Program-made: the position numbers and the translations under genes | Assembly: GCA_965216125.1 (NCBI GenBank) | Contig: OZ244152.1 | Coordinates: 2,755,035 to 2,819,034, forward strand | Source of the DNA: Candidatus Multivorans sp. | GTDB lineage: Bacteria; Acidobacteriota; Thermoanaerobaculia; Multivoradales; Multivoraceae | Reading direction: 5' to 3' | DNA: 64,000 bases | Shown here: positions 1 to 9,005 of the stretch, in pieces | How the letters are laid out: each line of letters starts with the position of its first letter | How positions within the stretch are numbered: the stretch's first letter is position 1 | Notes under the pieces: model-generated | What the model saw: only the letters and a program-made list of their open reading frames with translations | Database searches by the model: none | Told to the model about the DNA's origin: nothing

Positions 1-4
1 GTCA

Positions 5-2656
5 ATGTTTGGAGGGGTGGTCAATCGGTCGGTTCGCGTCTCGGTCTTCGCTTGCCTGGCCTTCCCCTTCGTCCTTGACGCTCAACCGAGCACCTCAGCC
101 GCGGCGCCGGAGGCCCTGACACAGAGACTGCCGCCCTTGAGCGAAGTCGCTTCGCTGGCCGTGCCAGGCATCGATGTCGGGCTGCGTTGGGCAGAGGAAC
201 AGGTACCCGGCGAGCCGTTCCGCTTCGCTTCGTCCTACGCCGTCAGCGTAACGCCGTCGGTGAATGGATCCTGGGTTCCTTCGTCCGGCGAGGGAACGTC
301 CGTATGGCGTTTGCGGGTGTCGGCGCCCGGCTCGCTGTCTCTGAACCTGGGCTTCACTCGCTACGAGATGCCGACCGGCGGGCGGTTGTTCCTCTATACG
401 CCCGACTACGAGTTTGTGATCGGTCCGTATACCGAGGCGGACAACAAGAGCCACGGCCAACTGTGGACGCCGATCGTACCGGGCGACGAACTGGTGATCG
501 AGGTTTCGGTTCCGGCGAGGCTGGCCGGAGACCTTGAGCTTGAGCTCGGTTCCGTCAATCGGGGTTTCCGGGATATTGCCGGTCAGGCGAGTGGGCCGCA
601 GGGATCGTGCAACATCGACGTGGTGTGTTCCGAGGGTGATGCCTGGCGGGACCAGATTCGCAGCGTGGCCCTGATCACGGTGTTGGGGGAAGTCACCTGT
701 TCGGGCGTGCTGGTGAACAACACGGCCTCGGATCTGAAGCCGTACTTCTTGACCGCTTTTCACTGCGCGGGCAGTGCCTTGTCGGCGTCCACCATAGTCG
801 TTCGCTGGAACCACGAGAGCCCATCGTGCGGGGCGCGGTCGGACGAATCGCCGGGGCTCTACCAGTACGGTGCGATCTTCCGGGCCGGGCACCCGGATAG
901 CGATGTCTCGTTGCTTGAACTGAAGAACACGCCGGCTTCAGCCCGCAACGTGCATTGGGCGGGTTGGAGCAGGAGTCACGTGGCGCCTGCGTCGGGTATT
1001 GGGATCCACCATCCCAGCGGCGGTGAGAAGTCCATCTCGTTCGAGAACGATCAGACGACTACGACGGACCAACGATCAGACACACCGGTTGACGGCGCCA
1101 GTTTCATTCGAGTGGCCGACTGGGAGCAGGGCACGGTGGAAGGCGGTTCGTCGGGGTCGCCGCTGTTTGGTCCGGACGGCCTCGTTGTCGGCTTGCTGAG
1201 CACTGGAGGGTCGGGGTGCAGCAGAGACGAGGCGAATTGGTACGGGCGGCTGGCGACGGCCTGGACTGGCGGCGGCACGGCGTCTTCGCGGCTCAGCGAC
1301 TGGTTGGACCCGGGCGGTACGGGTGTGTACAGCCTGGCTGGACGGGACGAGGTGGATTCGACGCCGCCTGCGAATGGAAGCCCGGTGGCGGTGGGCACCC
1401 TGGAGGACCGGACTCTGGCGAGCGGTCCGGTGACTCTGTCGGTGTCGGGCTCGTTCAGTGATCCGGACGATGACGCTCTGACTTACGACGCTTCGTCGTC
1501 GTCGCCGTCGGTCGTGAGCGTGTCGGCATCGGGTTCTGGGGTGACGTTGACGCCTGTGACAGTTGGGTCGGCGACCATCACGGTGACGGCAACTGACGAG
1601 TCAGGCTCGGGCCTGTCGGCGACGCACGAGTTCGTGGCAACGGTGCCCCCACCCCCACCCCCACCGCCACCACCGCCGCCACCCCCACTACCGCCGCCGC
1701 CCCCACTACCGCCGCCGCCGCCACCACCACCACCGCCGCCGCGTCTGGAAGCCAGTCTGGCGGCGCCGTCGACGGTTGAGACGGGAGTACGGGTGGTGTT
1801 CGACGGCAGCGGTTCGGCGAATGCTGAGAGCTACAGTTGGGACTTCGGCGACGGCTCGGTGATCGCGCATCCGAGCACGAAGTCGCGGCCGTCGCACACG
1901 TACCTGGAGCCGGGTTCGTACGTAGTGCGGCTGGAGGTCGCCCGCGGCGGCGCCTGCGGCAAGCAGTTCTGCGAGCACGACGCGGCTACGGCGATGGTGG
2001 AAGTGGCGCCGGGGCGCAGGCCCGCGGCGCGGTTTGACCTGGATGCCGACTGCAGCGGGGAACTGTGCGTCGTGCGCACCGGCGTCGAGGTGACGTTCAG
2101 CGACCGGAGCAGCGGCACGGTGGCGGCGCGGAGTTGGAACTTCGGTGACGGGTTCCCGTCGAGCGCCCGCGACCCCGGGCACTCGTGGTCTTCGCCGGGC
2201 TTCTACCGGGTTGAGCTCGTGGTTTCAGGCCTGGGCGTGGAGTCGACGGCAAGTCGTGACCTCCTGGTCGTGGCGAGTGACCCGGCCGGCGGTTGCGAGC
2301 CGGATGGGGAGACGCTGTGCCTTCAGGACTCGCGGTACGCGGTGGGCGTGGAATGGTGGACCGGTGACGGGCAGAGCGGCAGCGGCAGCGTGGTCCATGC
2401 GGGTACGAACGACTCGGGCCTGTTCCGGTTCTTCAGCCCGGACAACTGGGAGGTGCTGATCAAGGTGCTGGACGGGTGCGCGCTGAATGGTCACGTGTGG
2501 GTGTTCGGCGCCTCGACGACGGACCTGGGCTACGTGATCCGGGTGACGGACACGGTGACCGGTGCGGTCAAGGAGTACCGGAACGAGCCCGGGCGGCCGG
2601 CGCCGGCGATCACGGACGGGAAGGCATTTGCGGGCGGCTGCGCGGTCTTCCAGTAG
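5..2656 (+). CDS. Secreted trypsin-like (S1) serine protease with poly-Pro linker, two PKD-like domains and the shared C-terminal four-Cys domain
   Basis: Signal-peptide-like N-terminus (MFGGVVNRSVRVSVFACLAFPFVLDAQ). S1 catalytic motifs LTAFHCAG (His) and GGSSGSPLF (Ser). About 35 consecutive Pro codons. Two WDFGDG/WNFGDG PKD-type segments. C-terminal ASDPAGGCEPDGETLCLQDSRYAV..NWEVLIKVLDGCALNGHVWVFGASTTDLGY..AITDGKAF block shared with eight other proteins in the window. Confidence 0.8.
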   Translation: MFGGVVNRSVRVSVFACLAFPFVLDAQPSTSAAAPEALTQRLPPLSEVASLAVPGIDVGLRWAEEQVPGEPFRFASSYAVSVTPSVNGSWVPSSGEGTSVWRLRVSAPGSLSLNLGFTRYEMPTGGRLFLYTPDYEFVIGPYTEADNKSHGQLWTPIVPGDELVIEVSVPARLAGDLELELGSVNRGFRDIAGQASGPQGSCNIDVVCSEGDAWRDQIRSVALITVLGEVTCSGVLVNNTASDLKPYFLTAFHCAGSALSASTIVVRWNHESPSCGARSDESPGLYQYGAIFRAGHPDSDVSLLELKNTPASARNVHWAGWSRSHVAPASGIGIHHPSGGEKSISFENDQTTTTDQRSDTPVDGASFIRVADWEQGTVEGGSSGSPLFGPDGLVVGLLSTGGSGCSRDEANWYGRLATAWTGGGTASSRLSDWLDPGGTGVYSLAGRDEVDSTPPANGSPVAVGTLEDRTLASGPVTLSVSGSFSDPDDDALTYDASSSSPSVVSVSASGSGVTLTPVTVGSATITVTATDESGSGLSATHEFVATVPPPPPPPPPPPPPPLPPPPPLPPPPPPPPPPPRLEASLAAPSTVETGVRVVFDGSGSANAESYSWDFGDGSVIAHPSTKSRPSHTYLEPGSYVVRLEVARGGACGKQFCEHDAATAMVEVAPGRRPAARFDLDADCSGELCVVRTGVEVTFSDRSSGTVAARSWNFGDGFPSSARDPGHSWSSPGFYRVELVVSGLGVESTASRDLLVVASDPAGGCEPDGETLCLQDSRYAVGVEWWTGDGQSGSGSVVHAGTNDSGLFRFFSPDNWEVLIKVLDGCALNGHVWVFGASTTDLGYVIRVTDTVTGAVKEYRNEPGRPAPAITDGKAFAGGCAVFQ
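1645..1743 (+). repeat. CCN-rich coding microsatellite-like tract encoding a poly-Pro linker
   Basis: ccc/cca/ccg runs read directly in the sequence. They translate to PPPPPPPPPPPPPPPPLPPPPPLPPPPPPPPPPPP. Confidence 0.75.
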
Positions 2657-2751
2657 CCTGTGGACCGACTGTCGCGCGGTGGATTCTTGATGGAGCCTGG
2701 AGAGATGGGAGACGAGACTGCGGTATTCCGCTTGGTAGTGCGACACTCGTA

Positions 2752-2783
2752 GTCAACGGGTCAACGGGTCAACGGGTCAACGG
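2752..2783. repeat. Exact tandem octamer repeat (GTCAACGG)x4, about 25 bp upstream of the permease start
   Basis: Four perfect head-to-tail copies were counted base by base. They lie in the 150-bp intergenic region between the stop at 2656 and the ATG at 2808. Confidence 0.9.
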
Positions 2784-2807
2784 TGGAGGCTTGAAGGTCT
2801 GTAGGAA

Positions 2808-3836
2808 ATGAGGACCGCAACTCGCACTGGTCGAAGCTGCATCCCGCGTCAGGCGCGAGCTTGGAGGTTGGCGCTACCGGGCCGGCCGGGCGGGGTCACG
2901 CTGGGCTACCGGGGAGGCCTCATCCTGGTCCTGCTCGGCCTCTGCGTGGCCTTCGGCATGGTCACGGACCACTTCTGGAGCGCCCTGACCTTTCGCACCC
3001 TGGCGAACCAGTTGCCACCCCTGGTGGTCGCCTCGGCAGGCCTGACCCTGGTGCTCATCGCGGGCGGCATCGATCTCTCGGTCGGTTCGGTGCTGGCCCT
3101 GGCGGCGGCCGTGCTGGGCGTCCTGACCGTGGACCATGGGTTCCCCCTGGTGCTGGCGGCTCTTGCTGCTCTCGTTGTCGGCGCCTTGTGCGGCGCGATC
3201 AACGGTGCGCTGGTCGCCCGCTGGTCGATCCCCTCCTTCCTGGTCACCCTCGGCATGCTGGAGATCGCGCGCGGCTCGACCTATCTCGTCACCGCGTCGA
3301 AGACGAGCTACCTGGGCGATCGGGTCGCTGCGCTTGGCGCCAACGTGCCGGTTGTGGGGCTGTCCGTCGCCTTCATCGGCTCGCTCGCCGTGGTCGGAGC
3401 GCTCCAGTTCGTTCTCTCGCGCACCGCCTTCGGTCAGTGGATCTTCGCGGTCGGTGGCAACCTTTCGGCGCTCCACCGCTGCGGCGTCCGCCCGGCGCGG
3501 ATCCAGTTCGCGGTCTTCACGCTTGCGGGGCTGCTGGCGGCGGCCGCCGGACTGTGCCAGGTCGGCTACCTGCAGTCGGCCGATCCGAACGCCGCGATCG
3601 GGATGGAGCTGTCGGCGATCGCCGCGGTGGTCATCGGCGGCACGTCGCTTATGGGCGGCCGCGGGTCGGTGACCGGCACGCTCCTGGGCGTGCTGGTGAT
3701 CGCCGTGCTGCAGACGGGACTCGCCCAAGCCGGCGCCACCGAGCCGACCAAGCGCATCATCACCGGCGTCGCGATCCTGCTGGCGGTGGCGAGCGATGTG
3801 TGGCGGCGGCGCCGGAGCGCGGACGCAGTCTCTTGA
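2808..3836 (+). CDS. ABC transporter permease, RbsC/AraH-like sugar or branched-chain type (orphan)
   Basis: 342 aa, multi-span hydrophobic. Conserved GGIDLSVGS and IGGTSLMGGRGS motifs typical of this permease family. No ATPase or substrate-binding-protein gene is adjacent. Confidence 0.75.
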   Translation: MRTATRTGRSCIPRQARAWRLALPGRPGGVTLGYRGGLILVLLGLCVAFGMVTDHFWSALTFRTLANQLPPLVVASAGLTLVLIAGGIDLSVGSVLALAAAVLGVLTVDHGFPLVLAALAALVVGALCGAINGALVARWSIPSFLVTLGMLEIARGSTYLVTASKTSYLGDRVAALGANVPVVGLSVAFIGSLAVVGALQFVLSRTAFGQWIFAVGGNLSALHRCGVRPARIQFAVFTLAGLLAAAAGLCQVGYLQSADPNAAIGMELSAIAAVVIGGTSLMGGRGSVTGTLLGVLVIAVLQTGLAQAGATEPTKRIITGVAILLAVASDVWRRRRSADAVS

Positions 3837-3913
3837 GGCGAGGCGCCATCCGGGCGCCCGATGACGGCGCTATCCTCGGCCACCGCGACTTCCCATTCAA
3901 TCGAGGAACCGAC

Positions 3914-5122
3914 ATGACGAATCGACCGGCCAGTTTGAAGCTCAGCCTCTCCATTGCGGTCCTGACGGCGGCGACGGCCGCGGCGGCGCAGGAGCGAGCC
4001 ATCGAGTTCCCCGACGTCGACGGCTACCGCACGTTCGCCGTCGACCTGCACACCCACTCCGTCTTCTCGGACGGCATGGTGTGGCCGGTCATCCGCATGC
4101 AGGAGTCCGAGCGGGACGGGCTCACCTTGATGGCGGTCACCGAGCACCTGGAGTACCAGCCGCGCCGGGAGGACATCCCGCACCCGGACCGGAACCGGTC
4201 CTACATCGTCGCCAGTGAGTACGCCGCGGAAGAGGGAACCTCTGTGATCGTGGTCAACGGCGCCGAGGTCACCCGCAGCATGCCGCCGGGCCACGTGAAC
4301 GCCGTGTTCATCACGGATGCGAACGCCCTCCTCGTGGAGATCGGCGAGGTGGACTACATGACTCGGCTTCGCCCGTCCACTGCCGAGGAACAGGAAGCGA
4401 GCGAGCGGGAGGCGCAGCAGGCGATCGAGGCGGCCAACCGGCAGAACGCCTTCGTGTTCTGGAATCACCCGAACTGGCCCCGGCAGCGGCCCGATGGCGT
4501 GGCGAAGCCGACCGACATGCATCGAGGTCTCGTCGCCGACGGGCTGCTCCACGGCATCGAAGTGGCGAACGGCGACTTCTATTCGGCCGAGGCCTTGCAG
4601 ATCGCACTGGACCTCGATCTGGCGATCCTCGGCGTCTCGGACATCCACGGCCTGATCGACTGGGAGTACGACCCGCAAGGCGGCGGGCACCGCACGGTGA
4701 CCCTGGCGTTCGCCGAGGAGCGAAGCGCGGAGTCGATCAAGCAGGCGCTGCACGCGAATCGCACCGTGGCCTGGATGGCCAACTGGCTGATCGGCCGGGA
4801 GGACGTACTGATGCCGCTGGTCGAGGCTTCGCTCCTGCTGACGAAGGTCGAACGCAGCCAGGACGACGAGTTGATCGACATCAGGCTCTCCAACGTGTCG
4901 GACGCTGCCTTCGATCTGCGCGTCACCAGCGGACACCGTTTCAACGGCCCGCCGTCCGTGATGCGGGTCGAACCGCACAGCGACCTCGACCTGGCGATCA
5001 GCGGCGAATCCCGCGCCAGCTTCGAGATGGCCTTCGAGGTGCTGAACGCGATTGTGGCGCCGGAGACGCATCCGACTCTGCGACTGGAGGTGGAGGTAGC
5101 GCCGGCGACCCCGGTCGAATGA
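3914..5122 (+). CDS. Secreted PHP-domain-like metal-dependent phosphoesterase (copy 1 of a tandem pair)
   Basis: The in-frame ATG at 3914 follows the permease stop. The long 2861..5122 ORF 5' part is an overlap artefact. Signal peptide (LSLSIAVLTAATAAAAQ). DLHTHSVFSDG His-x-His PHP-type motif. Confidence 0.7.
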   Translation: MTNRPASLKLSLSIAVLTAATAAAAQERAIEFPDVDGYRTFAVDLHTHSVFSDGMVWPVIRMQESERDGLTLMAVTEHLEYQPRREDIPHPDRNRSYIVASEYAAEEGTSVIVVNGAEVTRSMPPGHVNAVFITDANALLVEIGEVDYMTRLRPSTAEEQEASEREAQQAIEAANRQNAFVFWNHPNWPRQRPDGVAKPTDMHRGLVADGLLHGIEVANGDFYSAEALQIALDLDLAILGVSDIHGLIDWEYDPQGGGHRTVTLAFAEERSAESIKQALHANRTVAWMANWLIGREDVLMPLVEASLLLTKVERSQDDELIDIRLSNVSDAAFDLRVTSGHRFNGPPSVMRVEPHSDLDLAISGESRASFEMAFEVLNAIVAPETHPTLRLEVEVAPATPVE

Positions 5123-6246
5123 GTGAACGCGTGAGCGGGGCAGGTGCGGCACTGATCCTGTGCCTGGTCGCGGCAATACCGGCCGTGCCGGCCACTGCGC
5201 AGAGCCGCGCCATCGAGTTCCCGGATGTGGGCGGCTACCGCACGCTCGCCGTCGACCTGCACACGCATTCCGTGTTCTCGGACGGTTCGGTGTGGCCCGT
5301 CATTCGGGTTCAGGAGTCGGAGCGGGACGGTCTTGCCCTGCTTGCCGTGACCGAACACCTGGAGCACCAGCCCCGCGCCGCGGACATACCGAACCCCGAT
5401 CGCAATCGCTCGTTCGCGGTCGCGGCCGAGTACGCGGGCGCGGATGCTCCCGAGGTGATCGTGGTCAACGGCGCGGAGATCTCACGGGCCATGCCGCCCG
5501 GCCACGTCAACGCGGTCTTCCTGAGCGACGCGAACGCGCTGCTCAAGGCCGACGTGATGGACGTGTTCGAGGAGGCGAACCGGCAGAACGCCTTCGTGTT
5601 CTGGAACCACCCCAACTGGATTCCTCAGAGGTCGGACGGAGTGGCCAGGCTCACGGACATGCACCGCCGGTTGATCGCGAACGGACTGCTGCACGGGATC
5701 GAGGTGGCGAACGAACACAGCTACTCGGCGGAAGCGCTCCAGATTGCCCTCGACTTCGACCTCGCCATTCTCGGCGTGAGTGATGTCCACGGTCTGATCG
5801 ACTGGGACTACGACGTCCGCGGCGGCGGGCACCGAACGGCGACCCTGGTATTGGCCGAGGAGCGGACGGCGGAGTCGATTCGGGAGGCGCTGCATGCGAA
5901 CCGTACGGCGGCGTGGAAGGACAACGAACTGATCGGACGGGAGGACGTCGTGGTCCCCCTGCTCGAAGCGTCCTTGAAGGTAGCGAACGTCAGGTATCGC
6001 GAGGGCAGCGTGCTGACCGTGACGCTGTCGAACCGCTCCGACGGGTCGTTCGATCTTCTGAGCGTTGGCCCGCAGCGTTTCTACGATCACGGCGCCGTAG
6101 TCCAGGTGCAGCCGCACGGAACGGTGGAACTCAGCGTGACCGGGGAGAACTCCTCGGACTTCGAGTTGTCCTTCGCCGTGTTGAACGCCATCGTGGCGCC
6201 GGAGACGCATCCGACGCTGCGGCTCGCGGTCGCGGTTCCCGAGTAG
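5119..6246 (+). CDS. Secreted PHP-domain-like phosphoesterase (copy 2, about 80% identical to copy 1)
   Basis: ATGA start/stop overlap with copy 1. Signal peptide. Same DLHTHSVFSDG, VTEHLE and FVFWNHPNW blocks as the upstream paralog. Confidence 0.7.
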   Translation: MSERVSGAGAALILCLVAAIPAVPATAQSRAIEFPDVGGYRTLAVDLHTHSVFSDGSVWPVIRVQESERDGLALLAVTEHLEHQPRAADIPNPDRNRSFAVAAEYAGADAPEVIVVNGAEISRAMPPGHVNAVFLSDANALLKADVMDVFEEANRQNAFVFWNHPNWIPQRSDGVARLTDMHRRLIANGLLHGIEVANEHSYSAEALQIALDFDLAILGVSDVHGLIDWDYDVRGGGHRTATLVLAEERTAESIREALHANRTAAWKDNELIGREDVVVPLLEASLKVANVRYREGSVLTVTLSNRSDGSFDLLSVGPQRFYDHGAVVQVQPHGTVELSVTGENSSDFELSFAVLNAIVAPETHPTLRLAVAVPE

Positions 6247-6251
6247 CGAGT

Positions 6252-7427
6252 TCAGTCGCGCTCGCCGCGCCGCTGGCGGTCGACGATCCTGCGCACCGAG
6301 TCCAGGTCCGGCGCCCAGTACCTCGCCTGCTCCTCAACGGGGGGTTCGACCAGCGGCCGTACGACGCGGAAGCCGAGGAAGCGGGCGTTGGTGTGGAACC
6401 AGACGCTCTGCGGGATCTGGGGGTCCATCCGCTTCCACGAGAGCTGCGAGCCGCGGCGGGCCGCACAGCGAAGGTCGGCCGGCTCGTCCTGCCAGGAGCC
6501 GCCGCGGACGCTGCGAGGAAACTCCTTCTGCGGCCAGGCGACGGGGTCGGCCAGGATCTGGCTCTTGCCCAGTGCGTCGTAGTCCGCGTAGGCATCGAGG
6601 GTCCACTCGGCCACGTTGCCGTGCAGGTCGAAGAGGCGCCACGCGTTCGCTTGGAGCTGCGCGACCTTCCTGTAGCGGCGGTCGCTGTTGCCGGCGTGCC
6701 AGGCGAAGCGGTCGATCTCCGCCACGTCAGAGACGTTCGACCACGCGGTCTCGCTGCCGGCGCGGCAGGCGTACTCCCACTCGGCCTCGGTCGGCAGCCG
6801 GTAGAAGCGGCCGGTCTTCATCGACAGCCACTTCGTGAACTGCCGGGCCGCGAACTGGGTCATCGAGATCGCCGGAAATCCGTCGACGCCCATACCGAAG
6901 TCCATGGGTCGGTAGGGCGGCGTTGGCCTGCTCACCGCGTCGGCCCAGGCGGCTGCGGGTTCGCCGCCGCCGCGGTCGGTGTCGAACATGAACACGCGGT
7001 AGAGGTCCCAGGTCGTCTCGTGGGTCGCCATCCAGAACGGGCCGACCCGCACACGGCGACGCGGCGACTCCAGTTCGCCGCGTTCCGACTCGCTCTCCGG
7101 GCTCCCGAGCAGAAACTCGCCGCCCGGCGCCGGCGCCATGTCGAGCTGCATTTCGCCGCCCTCGGCGGTTACGCCGACGATCCGCTCCCCGTAGGGCCTC
7201 ATGTCGGCTTCGGTGGCCGCGACGGCGGCCGGGACATCGACAGCCGGCGGCCGGCCCGGCGGCATGTCCGGGTAGCGGCCGGCGCCCGGTTCCTGGACCG
7301 CGACGACGAACAGCGCGACCAGGATCGGGAGCCCCTTCAGCACGGGAACGGCCTCAGCGGCCCCGGAAGGTTGCCCGGCGCTTCTCGAAGAAGGCGGCGC
7401 CGGCGGCGGGCCCCTGGACCGCGGCAA
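6252..7427 (-). CDS. Formylglycine-generating enzyme (SUMF1/FGE-sulfatase, DUF323) family protein
   Basis: Signature WHAGNSDRRYRKVA..NAWRLFDLHGNVAEWTLDAY..RGGSWQDEP typical of the FGE-sulfatase domain. N-terminal hydrophobic segment. The start codon is uncertain. Confidence 0.75.
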   Translation of the reverse strand: MPRSRGPPPAPPSSRSAGQPSGAAEAVPVLKGLPILVALFVVAVQEPGAGRYPDMPPGRPPAVDVPAAVAATEADMRPYGERIVGVTAEGGEMQLDMAPAPGGEFLLGSPESESERGELESPRRRVRVGPFWMATHETTWDLYRVFMFDTDRGGGEPAAAWADAVSRPTPPYRPMDFGMGVDGFPAISMTQFAARQFTKWLSMKTGRFYRLPTEAEWEYACRAGSETAWSNVSDVAEIDRFAWHAGNSDRRYRKVAQLQANAWRLFDLHGNVAEWTLDAYADYDALGKSQILADPVAWPQKEFPRSVRGGSWQDEPADLRCAARRGSQLSWKRMDPQIPQSVWFHTNARFLGFRVVRPLVEPPVEEQARYWAPDLDSVRRIVDRQRRGERD

Positions 7428-7563
7428 TCACCGGCGCGCTCCCGCGCGCCAGACGCGTGATCGCGGCGTGCATGTCGATCGCGTTCGCCGCGTCGGGCCG
7501 GTTGAAGGTCACTCGGGCGACGTTGTCGGCGAGTTCGAAACGGAGAGTCTGGAGTTCGTTCAT
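7354..7563 (-). pseudogene. Truncated, internally deleted remnant of an enoyl-CoA hydratase/isomerase (crotonase) gene
   Basis: The 70-aa ORF MNELQTLRFELADNVARVTFNRPDAANAIDMHAAITRLARGSAPVIAAVQGPAAGAAFF carries the crotonase N-terminal signature (VARVTFNRP..NA) and the PVIAAV.G.A.GA block. It lacks the roughly 50 residues in between and the whole C-terminal half. It overlaps the 5' end of the FGE gene in another frame. Confidence 0.4.
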
Positions 7564-7669
7564 GGCGGCGGATGGTAGCGGAGTCTCCGCTAGAGTATTG
7601 CGATCGAGAGACAGGGCTCGACCGGTACGGGTCGACGACGACGGCACCCCAGGGGTGCGGGGAGACACC

Positions 7670-9004
7670 ATGGACGGAACCTCCAGGCGCAGCTTCATCA
7701 CCGGGGCCTCGGCGGCCCTGCTTGCGGGCGGAGTCGGCGGCGGGACCGCGACCGCGGCCGCGAACGCCAATGCGGACGTCGGGCGGGCCCGCGGCGATGC
7801 GACGCTTCGGATCGGCCTGATCGGCTGCGGCGGGCGCGGCACAGGCGCCGCGGCGCAGGCTCTCGCGACTTCGGGGCCGGTTGAACTGGTGGCGATGGCC
7901 GACGCGTTCGAGGACCGGGTGGAAACCTGCTACGGCCGCCTGGCCGAACTTGGTGAGGACGGCTCGTTCGAGAACGGCAAACGCCTCCAGGTGCCCGCCG
8001 AGAATCGGTACGCGGGCTTCGACGCGTACCGCAAGGTCATCGACTCCGGCGTCGACGTCGTCATCCTGGCGACCCCGCCGGGATTCCGTCCCGAGCACTT
8101 CGAGTACGCGGTCGAGCAGGGCAAGCACGTGTTCATGGAGAAGCCGGTGGCGGTCGACGCCCCGGGTGTGCGGCGGGTGCTCAAGGCGGCCAAGGCGTCC
8201 AAGGAGGCTGGCCTCAAGATCGGCGTCGGCCTGCAGCGCCATCACAGCGCGATGTACAACGAGACGATCCAGCGCATTCACGACGGCGCGATCGGCGATG
8301 TCGTGGCGCTGCGCGTCTACTGGAACGGCTCGGGCGTCTGGGTGCGGGCGCGCAAGCCGGAGCAGACCGAGATGGAGTACCAGATGCGCAACTGGTACTA
8401 CTTCAACTGGCTCTGCGGCGACCACATCGTCGAGCAGCACATCCACAACATCGATGTCGGCAACTGGGTCAAGGGCGGACATCCGGTCGAGGCCCAGGGT
8501 CAGGGCGGCCGCCAGTGGCGCAACGGTCCGGACCACGGCGAGATCTTCGACCACCACTTCGTGGAGTACACATACGACGACGGCGCGGTGATGCTGAGCC
8601 AGTGCCGCCACATCCAGAACTGCTGGGACGAGGTGGCCGAGTACGCCCACGGCAGCAAGGGAATGGCGAGCCTGGCTTCGGGGCTGATCGAAGCGCCGGG
8701 CGGTTGGGCCCACCGCGAACCGGAGGACGAGAAGAACCCCTACCAGGTCGAGCACGACCGCCTGTTCGAGGCGATCCGCGAGGACAAGCCGTTCAACGAA
8801 GCGAAGACCGGCGCGATCGCGACGATGACCTCGGTCTTGGGCCGCATGGCGACCTACACCGGCAAGAAGATCACCTGGAAGGAAGCGATCGGGTCGGACG
8901 TGTCACTGGCGCCGGCGACCTACGCCTGGGACGCTGCTCCGCCGACGGTGCCGGACGAGAACGGCCGCTACGCGGTCGCGGTGCCGGGGGTCACGAAGGC
9001 GTAG
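7670..9004 (+). CDS. TAT-exported Gfo/Idh/MocA-family NAD-dependent oxidoreductase (GH109-like architecture)
   Basis: Twin-arginine motif SRRSFITGASAALLAGG at the in-frame ATG 7670. Rossmann GLIGCGGRG. The length and fold of periplasmic Gfo/Idh/MocA enzymes. Confidence 0.8.
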   Translation: MDGTSRRSFITGASAALLAGGVGGGTATAAANANADVGRARGDATLRIGLIGCGGRGTGAAAQALATSGPVELVAMADAFEDRVETCYGRLAELGEDGSFENGKRLQVPAENRYAGFDAYRKVIDSGVDVVILATPPGFRPEHFEYAVEQGKHVFMEKPVAVDAPGVRRVLKAAKASKEAGLKIGVGLQRHHSAMYNETIQRIHDGAIGDVVALRVYWNGSGVWVRARKPEQTEMEYQMRNWYYFNWLCGDHIVEQHIHNIDVGNWVKGGHPVEAQGQGGRQWRNGPDHGEIFDHHFVEYTYDDGAVMLSQCRHIQNCWDEVAEYAHGSKGMASLASGLIEAPGGWAHREPEDEKNPYQVEHDRLFEAIREDKPFNEAKTGAIATMTSVLGRMATYTGKKITWKEAIGSDVSLAPATYAWDAAPPTVPDENGRYAVAVPGVTKA

Positions 9005-9005
9005 C

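Noticed and set aside
2225-2746. Repeated antisense ORFs (2225..2746, 11084..11566, 31836..32363, 38021..38263, 41570..42031) with similar protein sequences
   Set aside because: Shadow ORFs on the reverse strand of the conserved PKD-plus-four-Cys-domain cassette. Their similarity only reflects the coding repeat on the plus strand.
2861-3913. 5' 350 codons of the 753-aa ORF 2861..5122
   Set aside because: Arg/Pro/Gly-rich out-of-frame read-through across the permease gene. The real PHP-like gene starts at the in-frame ATG 3914, right after the permease stop and before a signal peptide.
3566-5176. 536-aa antisense ORF opposite the PHP-like gene. Similar long antisense ORFs are 2874..3728, 4579..5367, 5482..6210, 5913..7460, 7337..8755, 12297..14462 (upper part of the 969-aa ORF), 14592..15602, 22778..24253, 26166..27785, 28983..30953, 33020..34636, 34751..35635, 35858..36559, 39830..40627, 45465..47912, 48066..48878, 49296..50444, 51436..53025, 53007..54404 and 56041..57201
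   Set aside because: Stop-codon-poor reverse frames expected at 70% GC. The translations are Arg/Gly/Pro/His-rich with no motifs. The opposite strand carries clear domain-bearing genes.
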